Assembly: GCA_963693365.1 (NCBI GenBank)
Contig: CAVNZM010000006.1
Coordinates: forward strand, 620,001-684,000
DNA length: 64,000 nt
Origin: Amoebidium appalachense
Lineage: Eukaryota > Protista > Ichthyosporea
Reading direction: 5' to 3'
Part shown: piece after piece, positions 24,930 through 37,306 of the stretch
Position numbering within the stretch: the first letter of the stretch is position 1
Layout of the letters: every line of letters begins with the position of its first letter
The notes under the pieces: generated by a model
Told to the model about the DNA's origin: nothing
The model's database searches: none
Seen by the model: the letters and a program-made list of their open reading frames with translations, nothing else
Made by a program: the position numbers and the translations under genes

Positions 24930-25826
24930 AGGAAGGGGGGGAGAGGGGGGGGGGGGGGAGGAGGAGGAAACGAAAAGGGAAACCGAAGGGAGGGCGGGGG
25001 AGGGGGGAGGAGGAGGGGAGAAAGAGAGAGAGTTGGGGAGGGAGGGGGGGGGGGGAGGGGAGGGAAGGGAGGGAGGGGAAGGGGAAGGAGGAGGGGAAGA
25101 GAGCGGCAAGAGATAAAGGAGGGAGAGGAAGGGAGGGGGAGGGAGGGGAAGGGGAGAGAGAGAGCCTAGAGACAAACTGGAGAGGGGGGAGGGGGGGAGA
25201 AAGTGGAGGGAGGGTGGAACGGGGAGGAAAAGGGAAGGAAGGGGAAGAGAGGGGGAGAGGGTAGGGGAGATGATGGGGAGATACAGAAAGGTGGACTCGG
25301 AAGGGGGGATGGGGAGAGGAATGGGCTGGGGTGGGAAACGGGAAGGGAAAGGGAAAAGGGTTGGGGGGGACGAGGGTGGGGTGTTAGGGGAGGGAAAGGG
25401 AGGGAGGGATGAGGGAAAGGGAGGGAGGGATGGAGAAAGGGAGGGATGAAATAGGGGTTAGAAGGGGGGGGGGGGGGGGAGGGGAGGGGGATGGCTGAGT
25501 GTGGGATAATGGGGGAAAGTGCGGAACGAGGAGAGGGAGGAACTGGGGGAGAGGGAAAGAAGGAAACAGAGGAGGGGGGGGGGGGGGGGGGGGGGGGGAA
25601 AGAAGAAAAGACAAGGAAATGAAAGAACTCCTCTCCCCTCCTTCCCCTCCCCCCCCCCCCCCCCCCCCCCCCCCTCCCCCACCCCCCAGGTGCATTCAGG
25701 GTCCCGTCTCGTTCCATCCCTTCCCCCTTCCTCCCTCTCCACCCCTCCTTCCCCCCCCGTCCTCCTTCCCCTTCCCCCCCCCCCCCCCCCCCTTCCCTTT
25801 TTAAGGGAAAGGCTTTGAAACTTAAC

Positions 25827-25892
<66 letters not shown>

Positions 25893-26210
25893 GATTAAGA
25901 ATAAAGAAGGAAGGAAAAGGAATGAGGCAGAAACGATAAAATGTCCCGTGAATGAGAGAATTAGAATTTCAAATCAAGTGCGCATGGATGCATAAAAAGG
26001 CTCATCTGTGATAGGCAACACCCATGCAGTAGTCGTTAGCCTAAAATCCTAAACAGATAAAAAGATAGCATAGATATTATCAATAGGGAAGGTGTCAATG
26101 CGGGGGTGTATGACGGAAAACGGGGGGAGGAGGGAGGGGGAACATTTTCTCAGAAAAAGGCAATTGGTGAAGGCCTAGGAGGGGTTGGTTTTTTTTTGTT
26201 TTTTTTTTTT

Positions 26211-26262
<52 letters not shown>

Positions 26263-26418
26263 GACGAAAAATCGGCACCAATTTGTTGCTCTACCGTAAC
26301 CCGTAGCAGAGCCTTACATTCTTTCCCCCTCTTTCCGCCCCCCCCTCCCCCCCCCCCCCCTCCCCCGTCCCCCGCAGGCAACCTTTTGGGCATGCTCAAA
26401 GGCAATGGGCTCCTCTGA
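20675..26418 (+). CDS. 2'-5' oligoadenylate synthetase (OAS)-like nucleotidyltransferase with two C-terminal dsRNA-binding domains, ~519 aa, 6 exons
   Basis: Exons 20675-20899, 21227-21484, 22513-22762, 23456-23950, 24512-24802 and 26378-26418 join in frame (1560 nt) through GT-AG introns. OAS motifs: [20 protein letters not shown]; LIVLLKIW; [10 protein letters not shown]; [19 protein letters not shown]; [13 protein letters not shown]. dsRBD1: [39 protein letters not shown]. dsRBD2: [43 protein letters not shown]. Confidence 0.85.
25828..25892. repeat. (AAT)n microsatellite
   Basis: Perfect trinucleotide run in the last intron of the OAS-like gene. Confidence 0.95.
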
Positions 26419-26985
26419 TTGGTTTTTGTCTGGATGGATGCAAAGGATGGTGGCTGTTGCCCCATATTACTGATGTGATCTGACTTTTATCTCTAATGGC
26501 TGATTGGATGTCACAAGCTCTTATTATCCTGGTTTGAATATTATATCTCGTGATATCTCATGACTGATTACTATATGTGCTTCTCTCTGACATTCTGATC
26601 CTCATATCAAGTTTTATTTTAATAGTGCTCTCTATAATATTATTAATAGTCTGTCAATCTCACTGCCTTCTTTTATCCCCCCAGCCCTCATCCCCTCCCG
26701 TCTTTACCAACCAGTCTGCCTGCAGTGCCAAACCATACGTTGATCGTGGCAGCATACATTTGTATATTACGGTGCGTACTTGGACAGGTCGGCCACAAAC
26801 AACAAAAATCCAGGCAGAGGTGGGGCACCAAATTATCTTGTGATGCCGAGCAATACAATACATGACTCAGTGCTTATATATATGTGATTCAATGAAATAT
26901 GTTCAAATCAATGACGTTGATCATGAGTAGCACGTATGACGAGGTGCATGCGTTACCGTTCGCGCAGATGCATAAGGAAGTCATT

Positions 26986-27034
<49 letters not shown>

Positions 27035-27456
27035 ACACACCGCCCCGCCCCGCCCCCGCCCCCCCCTCCCCCACGCACACGAGTACACTCAGTCGTCAAC
27101 ACACACGCACATACACACATACGCAAACACAAACGCAAAGGCACCAAATTCACACACTAAACTAGCTCTATTAAATTTTTACTGGCATATAGAAAGTCGG
27201 ACTCTGGAGCCAATCTCAATTGCAGAGTAGCTCCAGAGCTTCTTGTTTGGATATTCCATTTTTTTTTTTTTTTTGCTTTCTTGGTTTTTGTATAAATTTT
27301 AAGCTTTCAGTTCAAAGTCTTTGCGCGCTAAAACTTCCCGCCCAAATTTCTATATTTCGCTAGTCAGTCAAATGCGTGAGAATCAATTATGTTTTTTTGT
27401 AAATATAAGCTTTTTTTTTTTTTTTTTGCGCGCCAAAACTTCCCGCCCACATGGAA

Positions 27457-27501
<45 letters not shown>

Positions 27502-27653
27502 CCCGCCACCGCTGGATTCCAAAGTACGGGTCCCCAGAGCCAGTGAGCGAGAAAATAGTGAGAGAGAGAGTGAAAGGCGGAAGGAGCGAGTGTGCACGTG
27601 GTTGGGTTAGCAAGTGCGGCCCGGGGGAACCAGATCTTTTGCTTTGTGTGTGT

Positions 27654-27684
<31 letters not shown>

Positions 27685-28250
27685 GGGGGGGGGGGATGGC
27701 CCTGGGGGACTTTTTGCACGGATGTTCTTAATTACGGAAGAGTGGGGGAAGGGGGGGGGGGGGGGAGAGAGGGGGGGGGGGGAGGAGGGGGAGGGGGGAG
27801 AAGTTGAACGACGTTGGCTGCCGAAGTTTTATGTAACAACACACTTGGGAGAACTTGGGAACGAATAATGATAGCCAGTTTTATATCGAGATCGGAGCTT
27901 GAGCCAGCCAAACAAAGGCGAGCTTGTGGCGGGCCAGGTGCAATTAGGGCTGCAAAAACAACAATTTTAATGAACTCCACACCAGTGGGGTGTGTTCACC
28001 TCGAAGATAATAAACACATAATTCAGCATTCATGAGGCTGATATCAAACAGAATATCAAATTGGACTGATAGCCATTGAAACACCTGCCCCGTCACCAAG
28101 GTAAACAAACAACCCACATACACATTTTATGTGCACCCCTGAGCTCAAAAACATGTACCTAGGACAGTCACTGCACTTGCAAGCTGTAACCCCTCAAATC
28201 CAGCATGTATACGTACAAATATCCTGTTTCAACCAGACAACACCATGCAC

Positions 28251-28514
28251 CTATTTCTCCTTCTGGCCACCCATCACCTCGCTGACCTTGACAGGGTCAT
28301 CCGGTTTCTTGGTGTGGCCCACCAGCTCCGAGTCTGCCTCACGCACTGCGGTCATTTGGGCCGGGTCTTTGCCCTCCACCTCACTCTGGCTGACTACAAA
28401 CTTGTCACCAACACCGCGGGCCATGGCGTCCTCTGCGCTCATCTCTTTGGGAAGGAAACCCCCGCGGCTGTCGCGGTCACCCATGCTGGAAGCGTGCGTC
28501 TTTTTGTCGGACAT
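28251..28514 (-). CDS. Small hydrophilic hypothetical protein, 87 aa, intronless
   Basis: Non-repetitive ORF with caacATG context, GC3-biased codons like the HIG1 gene, and TATAAAA on the minus strand near 28632-28638. No family recognised. Confidence 0.65.
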   Translation of the reverse strand: MSDKKTHASSMGDRDSRGGFLPKEMSAEDAMARGVGDKFVVSQSEVEGKDPAQMTAVREADSELVGHTKKPDDPVKVSEVMGGQKEK

Positions 28515-28915
28515 GTTGACTCACGAGAGGAGGTGGTAAGAGAGAAAAGAAAATTTGTTGAGACTCGCCTTTTTTTTTTTTTTTTTTTTTGTAACAACCG
28601 GGCTACTGACGCTTCTTTGCGGGGAGTGGGATTTTATACAAGAGGAGCGCGAACGTGATATCGATGCACGATACGGGGTTTCGTGTTTTCCCCCATGTTT
28701 GTGACACCACGGACCAGGTACAGGGCCACGCGTGCTTACGTCATTTGTTTTTTGTTGTACTGTCCGAATCAGAACAGGCATACGCACTAAATTTGCTGAC
28801 GGATATGCACGCAATCGTGGTGCACATGTACATGTGCTGTTTCGTGCTTTTCGTTTCACCGTTGATACTTAACGGCACCCACGGATTTCATATAATACCA
28901 TGGTCTTGCAACCAG

Positions 28916-28964
<49 letters not shown>

Positions 28965-29441
28965 CCCCCCCCTCCCCCCCCTCCTCCCGGGGCCCCCCGT
29001 CCACAGACAAATGTCCCAGGGAGCTCGAGCTTTTATTATAACTGAGATGTTCGCGTCTTACAAATGTCCTTTTGCACATGTCGTTTTTCGAAATATAAAG
29101 TTGCAACAACGACTTGAACAATCCGGAATAAGTGAAAACGGCCCCCGCTCACAGGGAGAAATCACAAACTGCTTTATAATGCTCACGTCTTCATCCCAAC
29201 CCAAATACATACTGACAGTACAGCGGCCTGCAGCTGCAGTCGGAGGTATGTGTCCACACACTCGTTTCTTCATTCTTGGTGGCCCGGGCCCTCGGAGCCA
29301 CAAACCCGTTGTGCATGCGTACATACATATGCCAGTTATGCCACCCACCTATGTACAGTCATATAGAGTACAACAATACGTGCTATATATGGCTACCATC
29401 TCACATCTTTCGTACAAAATACAGAGGCTTCAGTAATCAGT

Positions 29442-29475
<34 letters not shown>

Positions 29476-29903
29476 ACGGCGCAAACAAACAAACATAAAA
29501 AAAAATGTGGCAAGTTGTAATATCTGGTTACGTCAGTGAAAAATATCATGATCCCCCCCCCCCCCCCGGAAAGGGAATATATTTGGAATATTCACACAGC
29601 TTTTGCACGATTTAGACTGCTCTACCAGCCATAAAACTTTTAAACGATAATCTCTAATAAAGGGCCCATGCGATTTGTGCGACCGTGTGAGTGGCTGAGG
29701 TGTGCAGGTCCATGTATATACATACGCGCGCGCGCGTGTGTGTGTGTGTGTGCGGTGTGTGTGTGTGCGCGCGCGCGTGTGGTATGCATGCGCGCGCGTG
29801 TGTGCACATCATTCTCTGCACAGGTCCGTCAAGGCTCCCCTAAAAGGACTGGGTTTACAACCACCCACACTCTATTCCAACCTCCACCTCGATTCTTTAC
29901 CGC

Positions 29904-30028
29904 CTAGCCAAACAGATACCACAAACAGAAGAAAATACAAGCAGACACCACGCTAGCCAGGATGAGGGAGTCTCGCCGCTTGCGCAGGTCTATGTGCCGC
30001 ATCAAAGTGTTGAGCCCAGGTATCCGTG

Positions 30029-30064
<36 letters not shown>

Positions 30065-30069
30065 ATGTG

Positions 30070-30153
<84 letters not shown>

Positions 30154-30222
30154 ATGTGTGTATGTGCAGCGCGCGTGTCACATGATGGATGTGGAGGCGA
30201 CGAAGGGGAGGACGGGAATGGG

Positions 30223-30253
<31 letters not shown>

Positions 30254-30406
30254 AGAATGTGTTAGCGAGTCACGATGAAGCACATTCACGACGGACAGCA
30301 TTGGATGTAGATTTTGAGAGTACGTATTATAAGTAGAGCCCCTCCTCCGCGTGGGGGGAGGGGGAGGGGGGGGGGGGGGGGGGGAGGGCAAAGCCACGCC
30401 ATGCAG

Positions 30407-30501
<95 letters not shown>

Positions 30502-30786
30502 AGCGCACTGGCGTGCGTGTATGCCTGTAGGTGGGTGGTCCATAAATACATGTGTACCTCGGTGTGGTATAGTTGTGTATGCAGTATAAACGTAGTTGTG
30601 TATGCAGTATAAGCGTAGTTGTGTATGCAGTATAAACGTAGTTGTGTATGCAGTATAAGCGTAGTTCTGTATGCAGTATAAACGTAGTTGTGTATGCAGT
30701 ATAAGCGTAGTTGTGTATGCAGTATAAACGTAGGTCCACGGCCGTGTGTGTGCACGAAAGCATGCATTCGACTGCTTGAGAGGGGT

Positions 30787-30819
<33 letters not shown>

Positions 30820-30830
30820 GGGGGGGGGGG

Positions 30831-30864
<34 letters not shown>

Positions 30865-33800
30865 TTGAATGCGTCAAAAAGTACGAAGTACACAAGAACA
30901 AACGGATAACACGATGCAGAATGCAAGCCATACATAAAGAGTATGCATAATAAGCAGAGCCCATCCTCAGGGGGGGCCCACGTCATCCACAGTACCCGAG
31001 TTTCGACCTATTCCCCTCGTTAACGAAACCCAACTCAGATACTGTTTCACTTGAACATGAGTAGGTCACCCGTCTTGATCAGAGACGAGCAGGGTTGCTT
31101 ATGCAGGCAAGGGCAGTGGGAAAGGCCGGGGGTTAAAGTTGGGGCGGGGGGGGGGGGGGGGGTCTATGTTCTTACCAGCCAGGCCACGTATCCTGCCCTC
31201 TATGCCCCTAAACTGCTGCCTTTGGGCAACTAGATCCTCCTTGGTGGCCAGCGCAATGCTGCAAGAGGTGTCAGTGCACTGCTTTAATTGCACAGCAAAC
31301 CCCCCCACCCCCCCCTCCCCGGGCCCTTCCCCATACACACACACACCTACACTCACACATTCCCACACGCACAGACACAAAGGACACATGCACATAGGGA
31401 TGCCCGTGTCCAAGCACAGAACACATCACAGCCCATAGGCATCACAACCTATCCTCTTCCCTACTTCCCGTCCCTACGTATTGTGTCGTCCACATAGGGC
31501 CAAATAGCTAAAGTCAACGAGTCGATTGGATTAGCAATTCCACTTTAAAATTTTTGAGCCATTTGATTGGATCTGCAATTCCACTTGAGAAAGTTCACTA
31601 TTTTTTGGATTATCAATAGTTGGCAAATCAGTAGTGTGTCTGTGTCTGTGCGTCATGTGTAGGTATATGTGTGTGTGTGTTTGTGTGTGCATGCTGTGTG
31701 TGTTTGTGTATGTGTGTGTGTGTGCATATCTGCCCACGGTCACCCCTGTATATTTGCGCATGTGTTTGTGGGTGTGCATCTCTGTGTAGATGCGCGTGCT
31801 TACGGGTGTGCAAGTGGTTTAATATGTCCGGTTGAGGAAATAAGTGAGCGAGCAAGAAATGCACCAGGTGTGTGTAGTGACCTGATAGCGTCGTTAGTCA
31901 TCTGGTGGCTACTTAGTAGGCGGCTCTGTTCCCGACTGTAGTATGAGTCTGTGCTGTTCTGTGGGTTCTTGTAGTCACTGCAATGCATGTGTTATTATGG
32001 ATATAGATGTATTCTTGTAGTCACTGCAACGCATGTGTTATTATGTATATAGCTGTATTCTTGTAGTCACTGCAATGCGTGTGTTCTTGGATATAGATGT
32101 ATTCTTGTAGTCACTGCAATGCATGTGTTAATATGGATATAGATGTATTCTTGTAGTCACTGCAATGCATGTGTTATTATGGATATAGATGTAAGGCACG
32201 TGTTATTATGGATATAGATGTAAAGCATGTGTTATTATGGATTTAGATGTAATGCATGTGTTATTATGGATATAGATGTAAAGCATGTGTTATTATGGAT
32301 TTAGATGTAATGCATGTGTTATTATGGATATAGATGTAATGCATGTGTTCTTCTGGATATAGATGTAATGCATGTGTTATTATGGATGTAATGCATGTGT
32401 TATTATGGATATAGATGTAATGCATGTGTTCTTATGGATATAGATGTAATGCATGTGTTATTATGGATATAGATGTAAAGCATGTGTTATTATGGATATA
32501 GATGTAAAGCATGTGTTATTATGGATATAGATGTAATGCATGTGTTATTATGGATATAGATGTAATGCATGTGTTATTATGGATATAGATGTAAAGCATG
32601 TGTTATTATGGATATAGATGTAGTATGAGTCTGTGCTGTTCTGTGGATTCTCGTAGTCACTGCAATGCATGTGTAAGTGGGGGCATGGATGCAAGAAACA
32701 AACGGCCAGGGTGGAAATATGGACGGAACAGAGAGGATGCACGACACATATTCAAAGTTTCTGGATTTTGTTACAGTCTGAACAGAAGACATAGGTTCCC
32801 AGGGAGGGAGGGGATGCGGGGCGTTTAGGGGGGGGGGGGAGGGGGGGGGGGGTAAACACTTCCCCTATGGTGAATGCGCCCCCGATCTCCCCACATCCCT
32901 ACCCCCAGCACACACAGACATGCACACACCCACACCCACACACCCACACACCCACACCCACACATACACACACACACACCCACACCCACACATACACACA
33001 CACACCCACACATACACACACACACACACACACCCACACATACACACACACACACCCACCCACACACACACCCCCACATCCCCACCCCCACCCCAACCCA
33101 CCAAAAGACAAGGAAAAAAATGCTTGCATAGCTGGCCACCAGCATAGACAGCCCTTGAATGTCACTGGCATGGGCACACACCTGCCACCACATGCACACA
33201 ATCAATATGACCATGGGAGGAAAGAGAAACATACTTGATTTCGCGCTGAATAGACGTGAGCAGCTGCTCTCTCTCTTTGGCTGCCGTGATGTTGGCCTGC
33301 AGCACCACCACACAGTCAGCCACAACATCGGCAGAATTGCTCTTCCCCCCTCCCCCTCCCGTCCCCCCCCCCCCCCCCCCCCCTTTTCTCTCTCACGTAC
33401 ACCCACACCCACACACTTTCCCCTCCAATGACCAAAACTCACCCATCCGCCGACCAAGAAATAGGTACTATCAACGCCATACCGACCGATACATCAGTCC
33501 CAATAGTCCTATTAGTGCCCAAGATGATAAACGGCCGCCATCACCCACACCCTGTGCTGTTTGCCGCGTAACCAGTTGCTTTGCCACACAAGGACTTTGC
33601 ATTTCTGTTGGACAGCGCATGTGGCTGCACCATTGCCCACCACAGGCCTACAGTGATGTGCTCTAACAGACTTGCACCAGGAACCTGCCTCGTTATTGCC
33701 AAGAGTCCCCCCCCCCCCCCCCCCCCCCCGGGCACCAAAAAGGGAGAAATAAAAAGGGGAAACAAAGAAAGGAAACAAAACAAAACTACATCATACCACA

Positions 33801-35901
33801 CCACACCACGCCACACAACATAAAGCGAAAACAGAGATCGCACACTGAGGATGAAACAAAATGATAAAAGGCATGTCATGAGGCCGATGGTGTTGGTGGT
33901 CGAAGGGTGGGCAGGGGGGAGAAGGGGGCATTTCACGTTCCAGTGCATGTGGTTGAAGGTTCAGAGAACTTTAATTAACAGCATGCATGTTGCAGCCCCC
34001 TCCCCCCCCCCCCCCCCCCCCCCCTCCCCCTCCTCAAACTACCACATGCATGCCAAGTGCCCACCTTTGTTTTCCTAAACTCCTGTGTGTAGTCATTCAG
34101 TATCTCTCTGTGTCTTTGCAGTGTGTGCAGCACTGCCGGGCTAGACCCTGCCCCGATCTGCGTGTGCTCGGTCATACTGTCGTTGACTCGCGACAGCTGG
34201 AGAGGGGGGGGGGGGGGGGGGGAAGGTTAGAATGTGTTAAGAGTGTGAAGGCAACACCATGTAGATTTTTCCAAGCATAAACAAGGAGTATGCAACATAA
34301 GCACAGCATCCCCGCTAGGGGGAGGGAGGGGGGCAGGGGGAGGGGGGCGGGAGGGGGGAGGGGGGGAGGGGATTGGTGGGCCATGCACGGTGAAATAAAA
34401 ACCAAAAGAATGGTGATGATCCTTCAAGTCTTTGGTGACCCGTTCTGTTTGAGCACAGTCAAACCTGTACCTTGTCCACATTTATCTGTCTCGTTCCCCC
34501 GTGCCCCCACCCCCTCCCTCCCCCTCTCCCCTGCGCTTCCTCACCTTCCCCTCCCACCCCACCCCCTCTCCCCTCCCTCTTCTTCCCCCCCCCGCCCCCC
34601 CCCCCACACACACACCCCTTCCCTCCGTCCTCCCCCCCTCCCTCCCTCCACACACACACATTCCTCTCCTCCAGAGATCTAGTCCAGAAGCAAGCTATCC
34701 CTTGGGAGTTTATAGAAACCTCACATCTATCTACCAGGAATGCCGGCAAAGATCAGGCAGCAAATGAATGTTTTATTAAGAACTAATAGTAGTAAGCAGG
34801 CAGGTGATAACAACTATAGCCACTACACCCCACACCAGGGAGGAGATTTGGAGAGGGGGAGGGGGGGGGGGGGGGAGAGGGAAGGGAAGGGGGGGAGGGG
34901 GGATGGGGAAGAAGGGAAATAGGAAAGGGGCGAAGTGGAGGGCGGGGGGGGGGAGGGGGGGGGGGAGGGGGAGAGAGAGTGAGGAGGGGGAGGGGGGAGG
35001 GAGAGGAAAGGGGGGGGGGGGGGGGGGGGGGGAGAGGGGGGAGGGAGGGTTTGTTGCATGCACACTGCCCACCTGCTCTACAAGCTGCTCTATCTCCCTG
35101 GCCATGGCTTCAAACGTGTGGTCACCCCCCTCCCTGTGTGTCCTTACAGTCAGTCTCCCACGAGCTATATCGGTCCCGCCACCAGACTTGACTTCCCCAG
35201 CAAACACCACACAGCCATAGAGACACAGATCAGGCCCCAATCAGATATAACTTCGTCCAGTGCCCCTTGCCCCCCCCCCCCCCCCCCCCCCCCCTTCCCT
35301 CTCTCGCCCCCAAAATCCCTTCTGCAAAAAATACAGCTACTTGACCAACTGCCGATACCCACAAGCAAAGTGTTACCCCCCCCCCCCCCCCCTTCGTCTT
35401 ACCCCCTTCTTGCCCCCCCCCCCCCCCCCCCCCCTCCCCCCCCCACCCCCCACCCCCGGGGCGCCCCCAACCGGGGAAAGAAAGGAGCCACAGTTAAAAA
35501 AAGACTGCACACACGACATCCAACACACGAGGCCTGAGGTGCATAACAAACGTCCATGCTGAAGCAGAATCCCCCCCCCCCCCCCCCCTCTTCCTCCCCT
35601 CCCCTCCCTGCCCAAAACGCCCTGACGAAATACTCTCGCCTCCTTCAACGTCCGCTCCCTCTCATCCCCCTCCCTTCTTCCCCCCTCCCCCCCCCCCCCT
35701 CCCCTCTCTCCCCTCGGCACAACCTCCGTGTCTCGTAGGCCAAATCCTCAAGATGCACATCCCAAGTGCACAATCAGTCACATCCACACAAGCAGGCACA
35801 CAAACGGACCCACGAGTGCAAGAATCCCCACGCTGACCACGGACACACACAAGTACACACAAGTCGCAGGCATGCGGGGTTTCTGTGAAAAAAAGCAACA
35901 G

Positions 35902-35985
<84 letters not shown>

Positions 35986-36566
35986 ACATACACACACACA
36001 CACAAACACACACACAGGCAAGAGCACACACAGAAAAACACACAAACCGACACACACACAGAAACACACAGTCACACAGAAGCACGCAACCACTTGGAAA
36101 AGCACGGCAACAATCGCCACAGTGGCGAGTGTTGCCGTGATTTCCCAACATTGTAACCTTAGGTGGACATGTGGCGTAACAAGCACACATGCATACCGTG
36201 GTGAGTGAACACGCAAGAGAACAGAGCCTTTTACTGTATTACATACAAAAACACCATCAACATGGCAAGCATGTGCCCACAAGAAGACACACGCACACAA
36301 ACACACATGCACAGACCCACCGTAGACACACACACATCTAATGGTACAAAGACGCAGGCAAGCACACAGCACATGTACAGGCACACACGCAAACACACAC
36401 ATACAAACACACACAGAAGCACTTACACACAAACAAAAACGGATCTCACTTACCCCGCGGGGTTTGTGCCCAGCTTGCTAAAAGACACCAGCTTCATGTC
36501 TATCTCTCCTTCCAGCTGGCGTGCTTTGCGCCTAAGCTCCTCCCATCGATTATTTGTGCCCGCCAT
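29904..36566 (-). CDS. GOSR1: Golgi SNAP receptor complex member 1 (GS28/Gos1 Qb-SNARE), multi-exon
   Basis: Exon peptides in order: MAGTNNRWEELRRKARQLEGEIDMKLVSFSKLG; TFEAMAREIEQLVEQ; LSRVNDSM..HTLQRHREILNDYTQEFRKTK; ANITAAKEREQLL; DYKNPQ..REQSRLLSSHQMTNDAI; IALATKEDLVAQR; IPGLNTLMRHIDLRKRRDSLILASVVSACIFFCLWYLFG-stop (tail anchor). Confidence 0.95.
30571..30731. repeat. 23-bp minisatellite, 7 copies (agttgtgtatgcagtataaRcgt)
   Basis: Directly visible tandem array in a GOSR1 intron. Confidence 0.92.
31938..32673. repeat. 29/46-bp minisatellite (aatgcatgtgttattatggatatagatgt) bounded by ~54-bp direct repeats overlapping a GOSR1 splice acceptor
   Basis: Array of roughly 20 units; gtagtatgagtctgtgctgttctgtgg...cactgcaatgcatgtgt occurs at 31938 and 32620. 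Confidence 0.88.
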
Positions 36567-37306
36567 GCTGGGGATTTGCTGGCTGTAATAGCTCGCAGGT
36601 AAAGCCCAACAACACTTTCTAATAACTACGCATAATAATAGGAGGTGTCACGTAAAACTAGTGCTTTGTATATGATCTTTCAACTCTAAATGAAGTGTGC
36701 ACTTTTCTCAAATCGCTTTGAAACTTCGTAAAAAGGCACGGTGTCACCCTTGAAAGCTTGTCTGGCAGTGCAGTGGGACCACCGTTGCCACGACAGCAAT
36801 GATTGGTTGTGTATGTTGTAATTACACAAAATAACCATTTATGGCTACAAAAAGATGTAGATCATTGGAATTCGATTACGCCTGAGCCAAAAAAGGCTTT
36901 TGGAAGAGTTGCGTAACAGTAACGCCTACTTTAGAACATGACATCTAAATATGTTTAGCCTTTAACAGCTAAATACATTCTATAATACCGCTTATATTGG
37001 CTATTTATTGAATTTAATCCAACTTCTGTGTTGCCGGCTATTGCCGTGAACTTATCGAGGAACGGACAGGGGTCGGCCTTTCCAAGTTGGGCCAGCGGAG
37101 CTCAGGTTGGGGCGCCCGGGCATTCGCGACTTAGCAGCTCCGAGCATAAGAACGAAACGCCTAAGCATAACACCCCCCCCCCCCCTCCCCAACTTCCCCC
37201 CACCTTCCCACCCCCTCCCTCCTCCCCCTCCACTCTTCTAGTTCCACACCACTATTTGACCCCACTACCCTTCTTCATGGCTGTATAGAGCACACACACA
37301 CACACC

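Noticed and set aside
20675-26418. Annotation as NF90/ILF3 (DZF plus two dsRBDs)
   Set aside because: Same layout, but the [23 protein letters not shown] and DPAN motifs fit OAS better than DZF; not fully excluded without a phylogeny.
32750-32792. Possible extra GOSR1 exon (SSVQTVTKSRNFEY)
   Set aside because: Flanking exons already join in phase (QREI-N-DYKN) and fit the family without it.
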